64,000 bases of DNA from the NCBI GenBank assembly GCA_963770895.1, contig CAVYRF010000002.1, positions 2,848,001 to 2,912,000 on the forward strand, given 5' to 3'. Position 1 is the first letter of the stretch. Each line of letters starts with the position of its first letter. Below, one piece after another: positions 1 through 10,048 of the stretch. A model generated the notes under the pieces. It saw only the letters and a program-made list of their open reading frames with translations, did no database searches and was not told the origin of the DNA. A program made the translations under genes and the position numbers. The stretch is from an uncultured Acidobacteriota bacterium (lineage in GTDB: Bacteria; Acidobacteriota; Thermoanaerobaculia; Multivoradales; UBA5704).

Positions 1-1175
1 CAGAACAGGCCGCCCTGGGTCACGTGGACCGAGGTCAGCGGGATGGCATTGCCGCTGCCCGACAGGCCGCCGCTCTGCGAGGTGTGGTAGCTGGAAGTGA
101 TCTTCCAGCGCTTGTCGCCCGGCTGGTCGTCGATGCACAGCGTGTTGGCGCCGGCGACGCAGGGGCCGGAGGGCGCCAGGATGAGCTTGCCGACGTTGTT
201 GCCCTTGACCTCGGTGAACCAGATGTTGCCGTCGGGTCCGGCGGTGATGCCCGACGGGTTGGCCTTGGCGGTCGGCACTGCATATTCCGTGATCAGGCCC
301 GCGGTGGTGATCGCAGCCACCTGGTTGCCTTCCAGCTCGGTGAACCACAGGTTGCCGTCCGGTCCCGGAGTGATGAAGAACGGCACCGCGTTCCCCGTCG
401 GCACCGGGAATACGGTTGTCACGCCGGACGTGGTCATGCGGCCGACCTGGTTGGTCCCCGGGGCGGTAAACCACAGGTTGCCGTCCGGTCCGGCGGTGAT
501 CGCCAGCGATTGCGGGCTGCCCGGAATCGGGAACTCCTTGATGCTCGCGGTGGCGGGGGTGATGCGGCCGATCTGGCCGGGATTCGACTCGACAAACCAC
601 ACGTTGCCGTCCGGTCCGGCGGTGATGCCGAGGGGGCCGCTGTTCGCGGTGGGGGTCGTGTACTCCGTGATCGCGCCGCTGGTTGTAATCCTGCCAACCT
701 TGCCGCCGGAATACTCGGTGAACCAAAGGTTCTTGTCCGGTCCGACCGTGATATCGATGGGTTCGGCGCTGGCGGTCGGCAGCGGGTAGGTGGTAAACAC
801 CCCCGCCGGCGTCATGCGCCCGATCGCGCTGCTTTGGGCTTCGGCGAACCACAGGTTGCCGTCCGGTCCCTGGACGACGCGGGCCGGGTACTCGCTTTCC
901 AGGTTGCCGGGGGCCGTGAACTGATTGGTGACGGTGCCGGCCGTGGTCATCGAGTCGACGTGGCCGGCAATCAGCTCGGTAAACCAGAGCTCGCCATTGG
1001 GCCCGCTGGTGATCCCACCGGGCGCCGCCCCGGCCGGCGACACCGGGAACTCCTGAATGGTCGGCGCCGCCGCCAGCGCCGCCCCGGCGCCGCCCAGGGC
1101 CAGCGCCGCAATAAGAATGAGAGGAGCCGCCCAGGGACGGCCGCCGCGCGTAAGAAATTCGGATTGTGGGTTCAT
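1..1175 (-). CDS. Secreted Vgb-like (virginiamycin B lyase-type) beta-propeller repeat protein, runs off the left window edge
   Basis: Manual minus-strand translation from ATG at 1175: MNPQSEFL...LILIAALALGGAGAALAAAPTIQEFPVSP (signal peptide), then repeated 'ITAGPDGNLWFT'-like blades; not in the ORF track. Confidence 0.85.
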   Translation of the reverse strand, partial: MNPQSEFLTRGGRPWAAPLILIAALALGGAGAALAAAPTIQEFPVSPAGAAPGGITSGPNGELWFTELIAGHVDSMTTAGTVTNQFTAPGNLESEYPARVVQGPDGNLWFAEAQSSAIGRMTPAGVFTTYPLPTASAEPIDITVGPDKNLWFTEYSGGKVGRITTSGAITEYTTPTANSGPLGITAGPDGNVWFVESNPGQIGRITPATASIKEFPIPGSPQSLAITAGPDGNLWFTAPGTNQVGRMTTSGVTTVFPVPTGNAVPFFITPGPDGNLWFTELEGNQVAAITTAGLITEYAVPTAKANPSGITAGPDGNIWFTEVKGNNVGKLILAPSGPCVAGANTLCIDDQPGDKRWKITSSYHTSQSGGLSGSGNAIPLTSVHVTQGGLF

Positions 1176-1277
1176 CGGCTCACGCCCTCACAAGGTATGC
1201 CATTGAGGTCACCAGCTACGCTGGGGGCGGACACGCACCATTCGTCAAGGTAACACAGCCGATGCGCACACGTGCTT

Positions 1278-1361
1278 CACCCGGAGACACCCGGAGACAC
1301 CCGGAGACACCTGGTAGACACCTGGCGCACCTGGTAGGCACCTGGCGCCACCTGGGGCCAC
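1278..1361. repeat. Intergenic tandem array of eight ~10-bp units
   Basis: CACCCGGAGA x3 followed by five CACCTGG-N2-4 units. Confidence 0.9.
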
Positions 1362-1492
1362 GCCCGGCCGCTCCGGCGGCGTCGGTCTACAACCCGGGCG
1401 GCGTCGACCTCCGAGCGACCATGAACGACCCCGAGCGTGGAGCGCGGCTCCCTGGCCGGTCGGCAGCGGGGAGTCCGCTACACTAACGAGTC

Positions 1493-3589
1493 ATGGCCAT
1501 CGGCGGTGAGGCGGAGCTTGAGCGGGCGCGGCTGGAGCTGCGGCGGCTCGGGTACCTGGACCACGGGCTGGAGCGGTTCCTGCTGCAGGACGCGCTGCGG
1601 CCGCGGCGGCCGCTGCGCACGCTGGCGCTGCTGACGGCGAAGGTGGGGCTTTTGGGCGGCGGGGTGCTGGCGGTGGCGCTGGCGGTGGCGCTGGTGACGG
1701 CCAACGGCAGCCTGGCGTCGTCGCCGCTCGACCTGCCGGTGCTGTTCGTGCACCTGTTCCCGCCGGTTTCGGCGGCGGTGGGGGTGGCGTTCCTGCTGGT
1801 CTCCTCGGCGGTGCTGGTGGTGCTGCGGATCTATCCTATGCGCCGCATCGAAGGGGTGGCGCTGGCGGCGGCGTTCGCCGCCGGCGCCGCGACGCTGGCC
1901 GTGGCGCTGTGGGAGGCGCGGCTGAGCCTGGCGCAGCGCGGCGCGGCGCAGCGCGTGCTGCTCGGTCTGGCGGCGGCAGCGGCGGCGTACGCCCTGGCGC
2001 GGCTGGTCTATCAGGGGCTGTTCGCGTTGGTGATCCGCTTCACCCGCGGCGGCGGCGCCGCGGGGCTGCAGGCCTGGCGCTGGCGGCGTTGGGCGAGCGG
2101 CGCGCTGCTGGCCGGCGCGGCGCTGCTGGCGGTGCCGCTGCTGCTGGCGGCGCGCGAGCCGGCGGCGGCGCCGCCGCCGGTGCTGCCGATGGCGCCCGGC
2201 CAGCGGGTGCTGCTGATCGGGCTGGACGGGGTGCTCCCCGACGAGGTCGAATACCTGTTGCGGCGCGGCGATCTGCCGGCCTTTGCGGCGCTGGCGCGGC
2301 GCGGCGGCAGGCTCCTGCGCTACGCGCGTGCGGACGAGCCGCCGGCGGCCTTCTGGACCAGCCTGGCGACCGGAGTGGCGGCGCCCCGTCACGGCGTCGC
2401 GGCGCTCGACAGTTTCCTGCCGCTGGGGGTGCGCACGCCGCTGGCGCGCAGCGGCCTGCTGCGCGGCTACTGGAGCGGTGTCGAAGTGCCGCTGCACCTG
2501 GCGGTGTACCGTCCCGTCCTGGCCGACCGCCGCGGCGCCTTCACGGTCTGGGAGCTGGCGGCGCGCGGCGGCGCGCCGGTCCTGGCGGTCAACTGGTGGG
2601 CGACCTTCCCAGCTCCGCCGCTGCCCGGCATGGTGCTGTCGCACGACGCCTACCAGCTGCTCCAGCAGGGTGCGGCGTGGGCGGTGTCGGCGCCGGCGGC
2701 GGCGCCGGACCTGCTGCGCCAGATACGAGCGCTCGACGCCGGCACAGGCCTGCCGCGCGATGGATCGGCGCCGGCTTCCCTGGGCACCGGCGATGCCGCT
2801 GCCGGTGCGTCTGGCGCCGCCGCTACCCCTGGCGCTGTCCCTGGCGGCGCAGCTGCTTCTGGCGCTGCCACCTCCCTTGGCGGCGCCCCTGCTCCTGGCG
2901 CTGCCACCTCCCCTGGGGCCGCCGCTGCGTTTGGCGCTGCCGCTGCCCCTGGCACTGCCGGTGCCCCTGGCGCGGCCGCCGCGCCTCCTGCCGCCGATCG
3001 TCTTTTGGCGGCGGCGCTGCCCGCCGCGGTCGCCGCGGAGGTGGCGCGGCACTCGGTGATGCCGGACCAGTTCTACCGCCAGGTGTTCGCCGATCAGCTG
3101 GGGCGCCTGGCGCCGCCGCCGCGGGTGGCGGCGCTGTATCTGCCGGCGCTCGACATCGCCGCCGCGGGCTGGCAGGGCAGCTCGCTGGCGCTTGCGGATC
3201 TGGTGCGAGCCCAGCTCGTAGCGGCAGACCGCCTGTTGGCGCAGGCGCTGGCCCAGCCAGGCTGGGGGAGCGTCGCGGTGGTGTTCGATCCCGGCCGTCG
3301 TGGCCGGCAGGGCCAGCCGGCGGATGGCCGCGTGCTGCTCTGGGAAGACGGCGCCACCTGCGCCGCAGGCGAGCCCGACACGACGCCCGAAGCGGTCGCC
3401 GCGGGCCTGCTGCGCACGCTCGGCCTGCCGCAGAGCGCCGAGCTGCCGCCGCCGCCGCCGCAGTGCCGCTGGCCCGAACCGCCGGCGACGGTCGCCGGCT
3501 ACGGCGTACGCCAGCCGCAAGCATCCCCTGACGCGGCGGCCGACGGCGCCGAGTACCTGCAAAATCTTCGCTCCCTGGGTTATCTCTGA
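1493..3589 (+). CDS. Membrane-anchored alkaline phosphatase/nucleotide pyrophosphatase family protein
   Basis: N-terminal TM helices; VLLIGLDG and WTSLATG motifs; C-terminal LRSLGYL; internal Ala/Gly/Pro repeat at ~2790-2990. Confidence 0.75.
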   Translation: MAIGGEAELERARLELRRLGYLDHGLERFLLQDALRPRRPLRTLALLTAKVGLLGGGVLAVALAVALVTANGSLASSPLDLPVLFVHLFPPVSAAVGVAFLLVSSAVLVVLRIYPMRRIEGVALAAAFAAGAATLAVALWEARLSLAQRGAAQRVLLGLAAAAAAYALARLVYQGLFALVIRFTRGGGAAGLQAWRWRRWASGALLAGAALLAVPLLLAAREPAAAPPPVLPMAPGQRVLLIGLDGVLPDEVEYLLRRGDLPAFAALARRGGRLLRYARADEPPAAFWTSLATGVAAPRHGVAALDSFLPLGVRTPLARSGLLRGYWSGVEVPLHLAVYRPVLADRRGAFTVWELAARGGAPVLAVNWWATFPAPPLPGMVLSHDAYQLLQQGAAWAVSAPAAAPDLLRQIRALDAGTGLPRDGSAPASLGTGDAAAGASGAAATPGAVPGGAAASGAATSLGGAPAPGAATSPGAAAAFGAAAAPGTAGAPGAAAAPPAADRLLAAALPAAVAAEVARHSVMPDQFYRQVFADQLGRLAPPPRVAALYLPALDIAAAGWQGSSLALADLVRAQLVAADRLLAQALAQPGWGSVAVVFDPGRRGRQGQPADGRVLLWEDGATCAAGEPDTTPEAVAAGLLRTLGLPQSAELPPPPPQCRWPEPPATVAGYGVRQPQASPDAAADGAEYLQNLRSLGYL

Positions 3590-4959
3590 TGGCGCGACGG
3601 CGCGCGAGCGGTCGGAAAGGGACATCGCCGCCTGCTGAGTCCGAGGCGCGCAGGGCGCCGGCGGTGCCCGTGGTGCGGCGGAGAGCGGTCGCATGGTGTG
3701 GGGCGGCGGTGCTGCCGGCGTTGTTGCTGGCGGCGGCGGTCGCCGGTGGCATGGGCTGGCTTGGCGCCCCTGCCTGGGCGGCAGCCGCTGCCGCGCGGGC
3801 GCAAGTGGGTGGGGGAACGGCCGGTAGCGACGGCACGGCGAACCTGTCCGGCTTGCCGCGCGCTGCGGACGGCGCGCCGCCGCCGCCGGCCACGCCGCAG
3901 GCGCGGCGACGGGAGGCGGAGCTGGCGGCGCTGCGGGCTGAGATTGCCCAGCTGACGGCGCGGCTGGAGGCGGCGCGCCAGCAGCAGAGCGGCATCGAGG
4001 GCGAGCTGGCGGCGGCGGACCTGGCGCTCAGTTTGGAGGAGAAGCGCCTGGCGGAGGCGACGGCGGCGCGCGACGCGGCGGCCGACCGCGAGGCGGCCAG
4101 CGCCGCTGAGGTGAACGCGCTGACGGCGGCACTGGCCGAGCGTCGCGAGGACTTCCGGCGCCAGATCGTCGGCCTTTACAGGCTGGGGCGCCAGGGCTAC
4201 CTGCGGCTGTTCTCGGCGCTGAAGCCGGACGCGCGCCTGCTGCCGTCGATCCGGCTGGTGCGGTACCTGGTGCTGCACGATCGCGAGGTGATCGACCGCT
4301 ATCAGGAGACGCACGACCGCCTGGCGCGGCGCAGCGGCGAGCTGGCGGCCGAGCGGCTGGAGCGCGAAACCTGGGTGAGCCGCGAGCAGGAGCGCCGCCA
4401 CGCCCTGGTCGGCGCGCGCGAGCGCAAGGCGGCGCTGCTCACCCGGCTGCGCAACGAGCAGAGCGCCCTGGCGGTGCGCACCGCCGACCTGACGGAGCGC
4501 GAGCAGAAGCTGGCCGCCTTCCTCAACCTGCTGTACGGGCAGAGCTCGGCGGCCCTGGCGGGAACCCCCATGCAGCAGTTCCGCGGCGTGCTCGACTGGC
4601 CGGCGGCGGGGCCGGTGGTCGAGCGGTTCGGTCCGCAGCTCGATCCGCGCTATCGCACCAAGGTGCCGCACAACGGCATCGATCTGGCGACCTCCGCCGG
4701 CAGCGAGGTGAAGGTGGTCTATCCCGGCAAGATCCTGTACGCCGCGGCGTTCGAAGGCTACGGCCTGACCGTCGTGGCGCACCATCCGGGGCGGGTGTTG
4801 ACCCTGTACGCGGGGCTGTCGGAGCTGAGGAAAGCGAAGGACGATATGGTATCTTTAGGCGACCCGGTGGGGCTCGCCGCGGACCGGCTCTACTTCGAGA
4901 TCCGCGTCGAAAACCACCCCGAAGACCCGCTCACCTGGCTGCACAATTGGGTGCGCTGA
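3589..4959 (+). CDS. envC: EnvC-like murein hydrolase activator (coiled coil + M23 domain)
   Basis: Long coiled coil; HNGIDL; degenerate LYFEIR in place of HxH; upstream of ctpA-yibQ. Confidence 0.8.
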   Translation: MARRRASGRKGTSPPAESEARRAPAVPVVRRRAVAWCGAAVLPALLLAAAVAGGMGWLGAPAWAAAAAARAQVGGGTAGSDGTANLSGLPRAADGAPPPPATPQARRREAELAALRAEIAQLTARLEAARQQQSGIEGELAAADLALSLEEKRLAEATAARDAAADREAASAAEVNALTAALAERREDFRRQIVGLYRLGRQGYLRLFSALKPDARLLPSIRLVRYLVLHDREVIDRYQETHDRLARRSGELAAERLERETWVSREQERRHALVGARERKAALLTRLRNEQSALAVRTADLTEREQKLAAFLNLLYGQSSAALAGTPMQQFRGVLDWPAAGPVVERFGPQLDPRYRTKVPHNGIDLATSAGSEVKVVYPGKILYAAAFEGYGLTVVAHHPGRVLTLYAGLSELRKAKDDMVSLGDPVGLAADRLYFEIRVENHPEDPLTWLHNWVR

Positions 4960-4976
4960 AAGCTGCCGAGCCCCTC

Positions 4977-6239
4977 ATGAATCGAAGCCGCCTGCTCTTC
5001 CTGGTCTGCTCCGCTCTCCTCGTCCTGCCCATGCTGCTCGCCCTGGTGGTGGCGGCCGATCCGGCCCGCGGCGGACACTCCGCCCGCGAAGCACAGGACA
5101 AAGAAGAGGATAGCTACGACTCGTACCTCAAGTACCTCAAGGTGTTCAGCGAAGTGTTCAAGCTGGTGCGCGACGCCTACGTCGACCAGCCGCACACCGA
5201 CGCCCTGATGGCGGGCGCGCTCGAAGGCGTGACCGACGCCATGGACCCCTTCTCGGTCTACGTGCCGGCGTCGGCGGTGCCCGGCTACACGCACGCGCTG
5301 GCAACCGGCAAAAGCCTCAGCGGCCTGGGTTTCCTCAAGGAGCGCGGAGCCACCATCGTGATGTCGGTGGAAAAGGGCAGCCCGGCGGACACCGCCGGCC
5401 TCAAGGTGGGCGACCTGGTCGCCAAGCTCAACGGCGCTTCCACCCGCACCATGCCGCTGTGGCAGATGCAGGAAGCGATCGCCGCGGCGCCGGGCACCGC
5501 GGTCAGCACGGAAGTGATCCGGCTGGGAGTGCCGGTGTCGCTCACCTTCACGCTCAAGGCGTTCCCGCCGCCGGCGGTGACGGCCGCCGTGCTGGATGAA
5601 AACGGTGCGCCGGCTCCCGCCGCGGCCGGCGCCCACGCGACGCCTGGCGGTCTCGCCACGGTGGTGCGCATCCCCGGCTTCGATGCGGAGACCGCTGACC
5701 ACGTGCGCACCATGTTGAGCGCGGATCTGCACGGCAAGCTGGTGGTCGACCTGCGCGGCGTTTCGTCGGGCGATCCGGCGGTGGCCTACGACGTGGCGCG
5801 GCTCTTCGCCACCGGCGCGCTGGGGGCGCTGATCCGGCGTGACAGCGCGGTGCAGAGCTTCGCCTCGTCGACGCCTCCGGTGTGGCACGGCCGCCTGCTG
5901 GTGCTGGTGGATCGCGGCACCGGCGGCGCCGCCGAAGTGTTCGCGACCGTATTGCGCCAGCGCTCCGGGGCGGAGCTGGTGGGGGAGCGCACCCTGGGCT
6001 ACGCGGGACGGCGCGCCAGCGCCGACCTGTCGACCGGCAGCCGGCTGTTTTTCACCGACGCGTTCTACACCGGCCCCGACAAGAAGCCGATCAACGAATC
6101 GCTGAAGCCCGACGTGCAGGTGACCGAGCGCAGCCGCACGTTCCTCGAAAAGGACATCCCGACCAGCGAGTTGATCCTGCGGCGCGGCCTGCACCACCTG
6201 CTGGAAGAGTCGCCGGCGACCGCCAAAAAAGCGGCCTGA
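4977..6239 (+). CDS. S41/CtpA-family PDZ protease homolog, probably inactive
   Basis: Signal/TM segment, MDPFSVY, PDZ (GSPADTAGLKVGD), VDLRG, LKPDV; catalytic motifs altered. Confidence 0.8.
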   Translation: MNRSRLLFLVCSALLVLPMLLALVVAADPARGGHSAREAQDKEEDSYDSYLKYLKVFSEVFKLVRDAYVDQPHTDALMAGALEGVTDAMDPFSVYVPASAVPGYTHALATGKSLSGLGFLKERGATIVMSVEKGSPADTAGLKVGDLVAKLNGASTRTMPLWQMQEAIAAAPGTAVSTEVIRLGVPVSLTFTLKAFPPPAVTAAVLDENGAPAPAAAGAHATPGGLATVVRIPGFDAETADHVRTMLSADLHGKLVVDLRGVSSGDPAVAYDVARLFATGALGALIRRDSAVQSFASSTPPVWHGRLLVLVDRGTGGAAEVFATVLRQRSGAELVGERTLGYAGRRASADLSTGSRLFFTDAFYTGPDKKPINESLKPDVQVTERSRTFLEKDIPTSELILRRGLHHLLEESPATAKKAA

Positions 6240-6261
6240 CGGTTGCTGACCGTTTCCGCCG

Positions 6262-7449
6262 TTGCCAATTCGCAAACGCACGGTTCCCCGTTCTTCTCCC
6301 GGCCCGGCGCGCGGCCGCGCCTGGCGCGGGGTATGGCTGTTCACATTGGGCCTGCTGGTCGGCGCCGTGTCGACCTACGTCGCCTGCCGCAACGGGCCGC
6401 ACGGCGCGGGCCGCGGGCTTGCCGGCATCGGTTCGATCGCTGACGTCGCTTCCTGGTGGAGCGGCACCCGGACCGCGGATACCGGCCCGTCGGCCGCAGG
6501 CACCGACGGCGGCGCTGCGGCGCGGCGCCGGTCGGCGACCGCCAGGGGGCCGCACGCCGGCCGGTCGGCCGCCGCACCGGGTCACGCCGCCGCTGCCCTA
6601 CAGGTCACGCCGGCAGCCGATGGCGGCGAAGAGCCGGCGGGTGCCGCTCGCGACGAAGCTGCCGGCCGGTCCGAGGGCGGGGGTGGGGAAGCCGCCGGCC
6701 GGAGCGGCGCCCAGGCCGCCGCCGGTGGTGTCGCCGCTGGCGTCCATGCCGGCGGTCCGCCGCGCATCGCCCTGGTCATCGACGACCTCGGGCGCAGCCT
6801 GGACGAAGTGGACAGCCTGGAGCGCCTGGGAGTGCCGCTCACCTACGCCGTGCTGCCGTTCGAAAGCCAGACCGCGACGGTGGTCGCCGCCTTGCGCCGC
6901 CACCACCAGGAGATCCTCTGCCACCTGCCGATGGAGCCTCGGAGCGGCGGCAATCCGGGACCGGGGGCGCTGCGGCTCGGCATGTCGAGCGAGCAGCTGC
7001 GCCAATCGACCGCCGCCGCCCTGGCCGCGGTGCCGGGCGCGGTGGGGGTCAACAATCACATGGGGTCGGGTCTGTCGACCGACGAGCCGGCGATGACCGC
7101 GGTGCTGGGCGTTCTGGCCGCGCGCGGCCTCTTCTTTCTCGATTCGCGCACCAGCGCCCAGACCGTCGGCTACCGCGTCGCGACGTCCCTGGGAGTGCCG
7201 GCCGCCGAGCGCCAGGTGTTCCTGGACGACGACCTGCGCGCCGCGGCCGTCGCCGACCAGTTTCAGCACCTGCTCGACGTGGCGCTCGCCCGCGGCGAGG
7301 CCATCGCCATCGGCCACCCCCACCCGGCGACCCTGGCGACCCTGGCCGCCGAGGTGCCGCGCGCCCGCGCCCTCGGCTACCGCTTCGTCCTGGTCTCCGC
7401 CCTGCTGGATCGGCCGCCTGCCGCGCCCTCGCCGGCCGCGGCGCGTTAG
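6262..7449 (+). CDS. yibQ: Divergent polysaccharide deacetylase (YibQ family)
   Basis: IALVIDDLG, HLPMEP, NNHMGS, FLDSRT, AIGHPH motifs; start uncertain. Confidence 0.85.
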   Translation: MPIRKRTVPRSSPGPARGRAWRGVWLFTLGLLVGAVSTYVACRNGPHGAGRGLAGIGSIADVASWWSGTRTADTGPSAAGTDGGAAARRRSATARGPHAGRSAAAPGHAAAALQVTPAADGGEEPAGAARDEAAGRSEGGGGEAAGRSGAQAAAGGVAAGVHAGGPPRIALVIDDLGRSLDEVDSLERLGVPLTYAVLPFESQTATVVAALRRHHQEILCHLPMEPRSGGNPGPGALRLGMSSEQLRQSTAAALAAVPGAVGVNNHMGSGLSTDEPAMTAVLGVLAARGLFFLDSRTSAQTVGYRVATSLGVPAAERQVFLDDDLRAAAVADQFQHLLDVALARGEAIAIGHPHPATLATLAAEVPRARALGYRFVLVSALLDRPPAAPSPAAAR

Positions 7450-7462
7450 TGCCCCGCACTAG
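7447..7462. mobile_element. Collapsed relic of the MITE found at 42940-43106
   Basis: TAGTGCCCCGCACTAG: the first 13 nt equal the MITE left end and the sequence finishes with the right-end CACTAG. Confidence 0.55.
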
Positions 7463-7489
7463 CACCGGCCCAGGCGGGCCGCGGCGCGG

Positions 7490-10048
7490 CTACTCGCTGC
7501 GCAAGACTTCGATCGGGCGGCGCTTGAGGGCGCGGCCGCTGGCGCCCAGGCCGGCGGCGACGGTGAGCAGGACGCTGCCCAGGATGCCGATCGCGAGCGG
7601 CATCCATTCGAGCTGGCCGCTCAGGTTGAAGCCGCGGGTGATCACCGCCCAGGTGAGGGCGGCGGCGCCGCAGGCGCCGATGGCGCCGGCGACCAGGCCG
7701 ATCAGCGCGTATTCGACGGCGAAGTGGGAGGCGACGCCGGGGCGGGTCATGCCCAGGGTCTTGAGCAGGGCGACCTCGCGGCCGCGCCGCGCCGAGCCGG
7801 CGCTGATCGCGCCCGCCAGGATGGCGATGCCGGCGAGCACCGTGAAGCCGCCCAGGAAGCGCACGCCGAGCGCGATCCGGTTGAGCACCTTGGCGACCTT
7901 GTCGAGCAGCTCGCGCAGGCGCAGCAACGTGACGTTGGGATAGTTGGCCGCCAGCAGGTCCTGGACGCGCTGCTCGCCGCCCGGCGGCAGGCGGACGGAG
8001 GCGAAGCGTTGCTGCGGCGCCTGGTCCAGCACGCCAGGTTCGACCACCAGCGAGAAGTTGATGCCGAAGGTGCGCCAGTTCACCTCGCGGACGCTGGTGA
8101 CGGTGAGGTCGATCGGCACCCCCTCGACGTCGAAGCGCAGGACCGACCCCAGGTGCAGGCCCAGCTCTTCGGCGAACGACTTTTCGACGCTCACCTCGGG
8201 GCGCAGCGGGTCGCTCCACAGCGCCCCGGCGATGATCTTGTTGTCGGCGGGGAGCTGGCGCAGGTAGGTGAGGCGCTGCTCGCGCGTCAGCATCCAGCGG
8301 CGGTCGCGGTTGCGGTTGCGGCCCGTCCCGTCCTTGGTGCGGCGCGTGGCCAGGTCGTCGACGCTCACCCCGTCGATCGCCGCCAGGCGCGACGTGATCA
8401 CCGGCACCGATTCGATCCTGGTGGCGCCGGCGCGCTCCAGCAGCGCGCGCACGCCCGCCCATTGATCGGGCTGGATGTCGATCAGGAAGGCGCTGGGGGC
8501 GTCGGTCGGCAGCTGGCGCGTGAACTCGGCAGCCAGGCGGCGCTCGGTGAGCGACATGGCGAGCACCACCAGGACGCCCAGGCCCAGCGCGACGATGGCG
8601 CCGAACGTGGCGGCTCCCGGCCGCGCCAGAGCGGCCAGGCCCTGGCGCAGCCAGGGGCGCGCAAAGTCGCGCGGCAGGCGGCGCGCCAGGCTCACCACCA
8701 GCATTGCCGCGCCGGCCAGAACGGCGGTGACCAGCAGGATGCCGCCGGTGAATTCAACGCCGAGCAGCCACGAGCTGGCCTGCACCGCCGCCAGTGCCAG
8801 GATGCCGCCGACCAGGGCGGCCGCGGTCACCGCCGACGCCAGCGGGTGGCGAGGCAGCGGCTCGGCCTCGCGGCGCAGCACCCGCACCGGCGCCACCCGC
8901 AGCACCGCCGACAGCGGCGCCAGGCTGAATAGCAGCGCCACGCCCAGGCCCAGCCCCAGGCCGCGCGCCAGCGCCAGCGGCTGCCAGGGGTGCACCAGGT
9001 TGGGCGGAATCAGGTCCGGGAAAAGGCCGGGAAGCAGCTGCTGCACCGCCACCCCGGCGACGATGCCCACCAGGCTGCCGGCGAGGCCGAGCAGCGCCGT
9101 CTGCCCCAGGTAGAGCAGGAAGATTTCGCGTGGCCGCATCCCCAGGCACTTGAGCACCGCGATGGCGTCCAGCCGCCCGGCCAGCCAGGCGCGCACGCTT
9201 TCCGCCACGCCGATGCCGCCGACGAACAGCGACAGCAGCGCCACCAGGCCCAGGAACCGCTCGACGCGCGCCAGGTTGTCGCGCAACGCCGGCTGCGCGT
9301 CGCGGTAGGTTTCGACGCGGTAGAACGCGGGGTTGGGGATGGTGCGCTTGAGCCGGTTGGCGACCGCCTGCACCTGCGCGCCGGGCGTGCCGGCGGGGAA
9401 CTTGAGCAGCAGCCGGTAGGAGATGCGGCTGCCCTTGCCGGACAGCGGCGTGCGCGCCAGGCCGGCGCCTGAAATGAACACGCGCGGACCGACGGTGAGC
9501 GACAGCCCCACCCGGTCGGGCTCCGCCAGCACCACGCCGGCGATGCGGAACGGCACCCCGCCGATGCGCAGCCAGGCGCCGCGCGCCAGGTGCAGGCGCG
9601 CCAGCAGGTCGCCGGCTACCACCACGGCGTCCGGCGCCAGCAGCGTGTCGAGCGGCCGCGGCGGATCCAGCACCAGCTTGCCGTAGAACGGAAACTCGCC
9701 GGTCACCGCCTTGAGCTCGACCAGCTGGCTGGGGCCGGGGCGGCCGGCGGCGTCGGCGGGCGCGGCGACCACCGTGGGCGTCTCCTCGATCCGCGTCAGC
9801 GCCAGGCCGGGAGTGCCGGCGGTGGGGTCGAACCCCGCTGGCAGCGGCCGGCTGCCGGCGATCGCCAGGTCGGCGGCGAGCAGCTGGCGGGCCTCGACGC
9901 GGATGCCGTCGTCCAGGCTGGACGACAAGCCGGCGACTGCCACCACCGCCGACACCCCGACCGCCAGACAGGCGACGAAGAAGAGAAGCCGCCCGCGCGC
10001 GCCGCGCGATTCGCGCACCGCCGAACGCAGATACAGCGACAGGGTCAC
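7490..10048 (-). CDS. ybbP: ABC transporter permease, YbbP/FtsX-like
   Basis: Two FtsX-type halves; LLAADL, FLIDIQPDQ, LLKTLG motifs. Confidence 0.85.
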   Translation of the reverse strand: MTLSLYLRSAVRESRGARGRLLFFVACLAVGVSAVVAVAGLSSSLDDGIRVEARQLLAADLAIAGSRPLPAGFDPTAGTPGLALTRIEETPTVVAAPADAAGRPGPSQLVELKAVTGEFPFYGKLVLDPPRPLDTLLAPDAVVVAGDLLARLHLARGAWLRIGGVPFRIAGVVLAEPDRVGLSLTVGPRVFISGAGLARTPLSGKGSRISYRLLLKFPAGTPGAQVQAVANRLKRTIPNPAFYRVETYRDAQPALRDNLARVERFLGLVALLSLFVGGIGVAESVRAWLAGRLDAIAVLKCLGMRPREIFLLYLGQTALLGLAGSLVGIVAGVAVQQLLPGLFPDLIPPNLVHPWQPLALARGLGLGLGVALLFSLAPLSAVLRVAPVRVLRREAEPLPRHPLASAVTAAALVGGILALAAVQASSWLLGVEFTGGILLVTAVLAGAAMLVVSLARRLPRDFARPWLRQGLAALARPGAATFGAIVALGLGVLVVLAMSLTERRLAAEFTRQLPTDAPSAFLIDIQPDQWAGVRALLERAGATRIESVPVITSRLAAIDGVSVDDLATRRTKDGTGRNRNRDRRWMLTREQRLTYLRQLPADNKIIAGALWSDPLRPEVSVEKSFAEELGLHLGSVLRFDVEGVPIDLTVTSVREVNWRTFGINFSLVVEPGVLDQAPQQRFASVRLPPGGEQRVQDLLAANYPNVTLLRLRELLDKVAKVLNRIALGVRFLGGFTVLAGIAILAGAISAGSARRGREVALLKTLGMTRPGVASHFAVEYALIGLVAGAIGACGAAALTWAVITRGFNLSGQLEWMPLAIGILGSVLLTVAAGLGASGRALKRRPIEVLRSE

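Noticed and set aside
1-1175. Streptogramin B resistance gene vgb
   Set aside because: It has a signal peptide and continues beyond the propeller; such secreted Vgb-like repeat proteins are common and do not show resistance
24-1253. Long plus-strand ORFs 24-1253 and 97-789
   Set aside because: Antisense shadows of the minus-strand Vgb-like repeat gene
1278-1361. Possible CRISPR array
   Set aside because: Units are ~10 bp and abut each other, with no spacers and no cas genes
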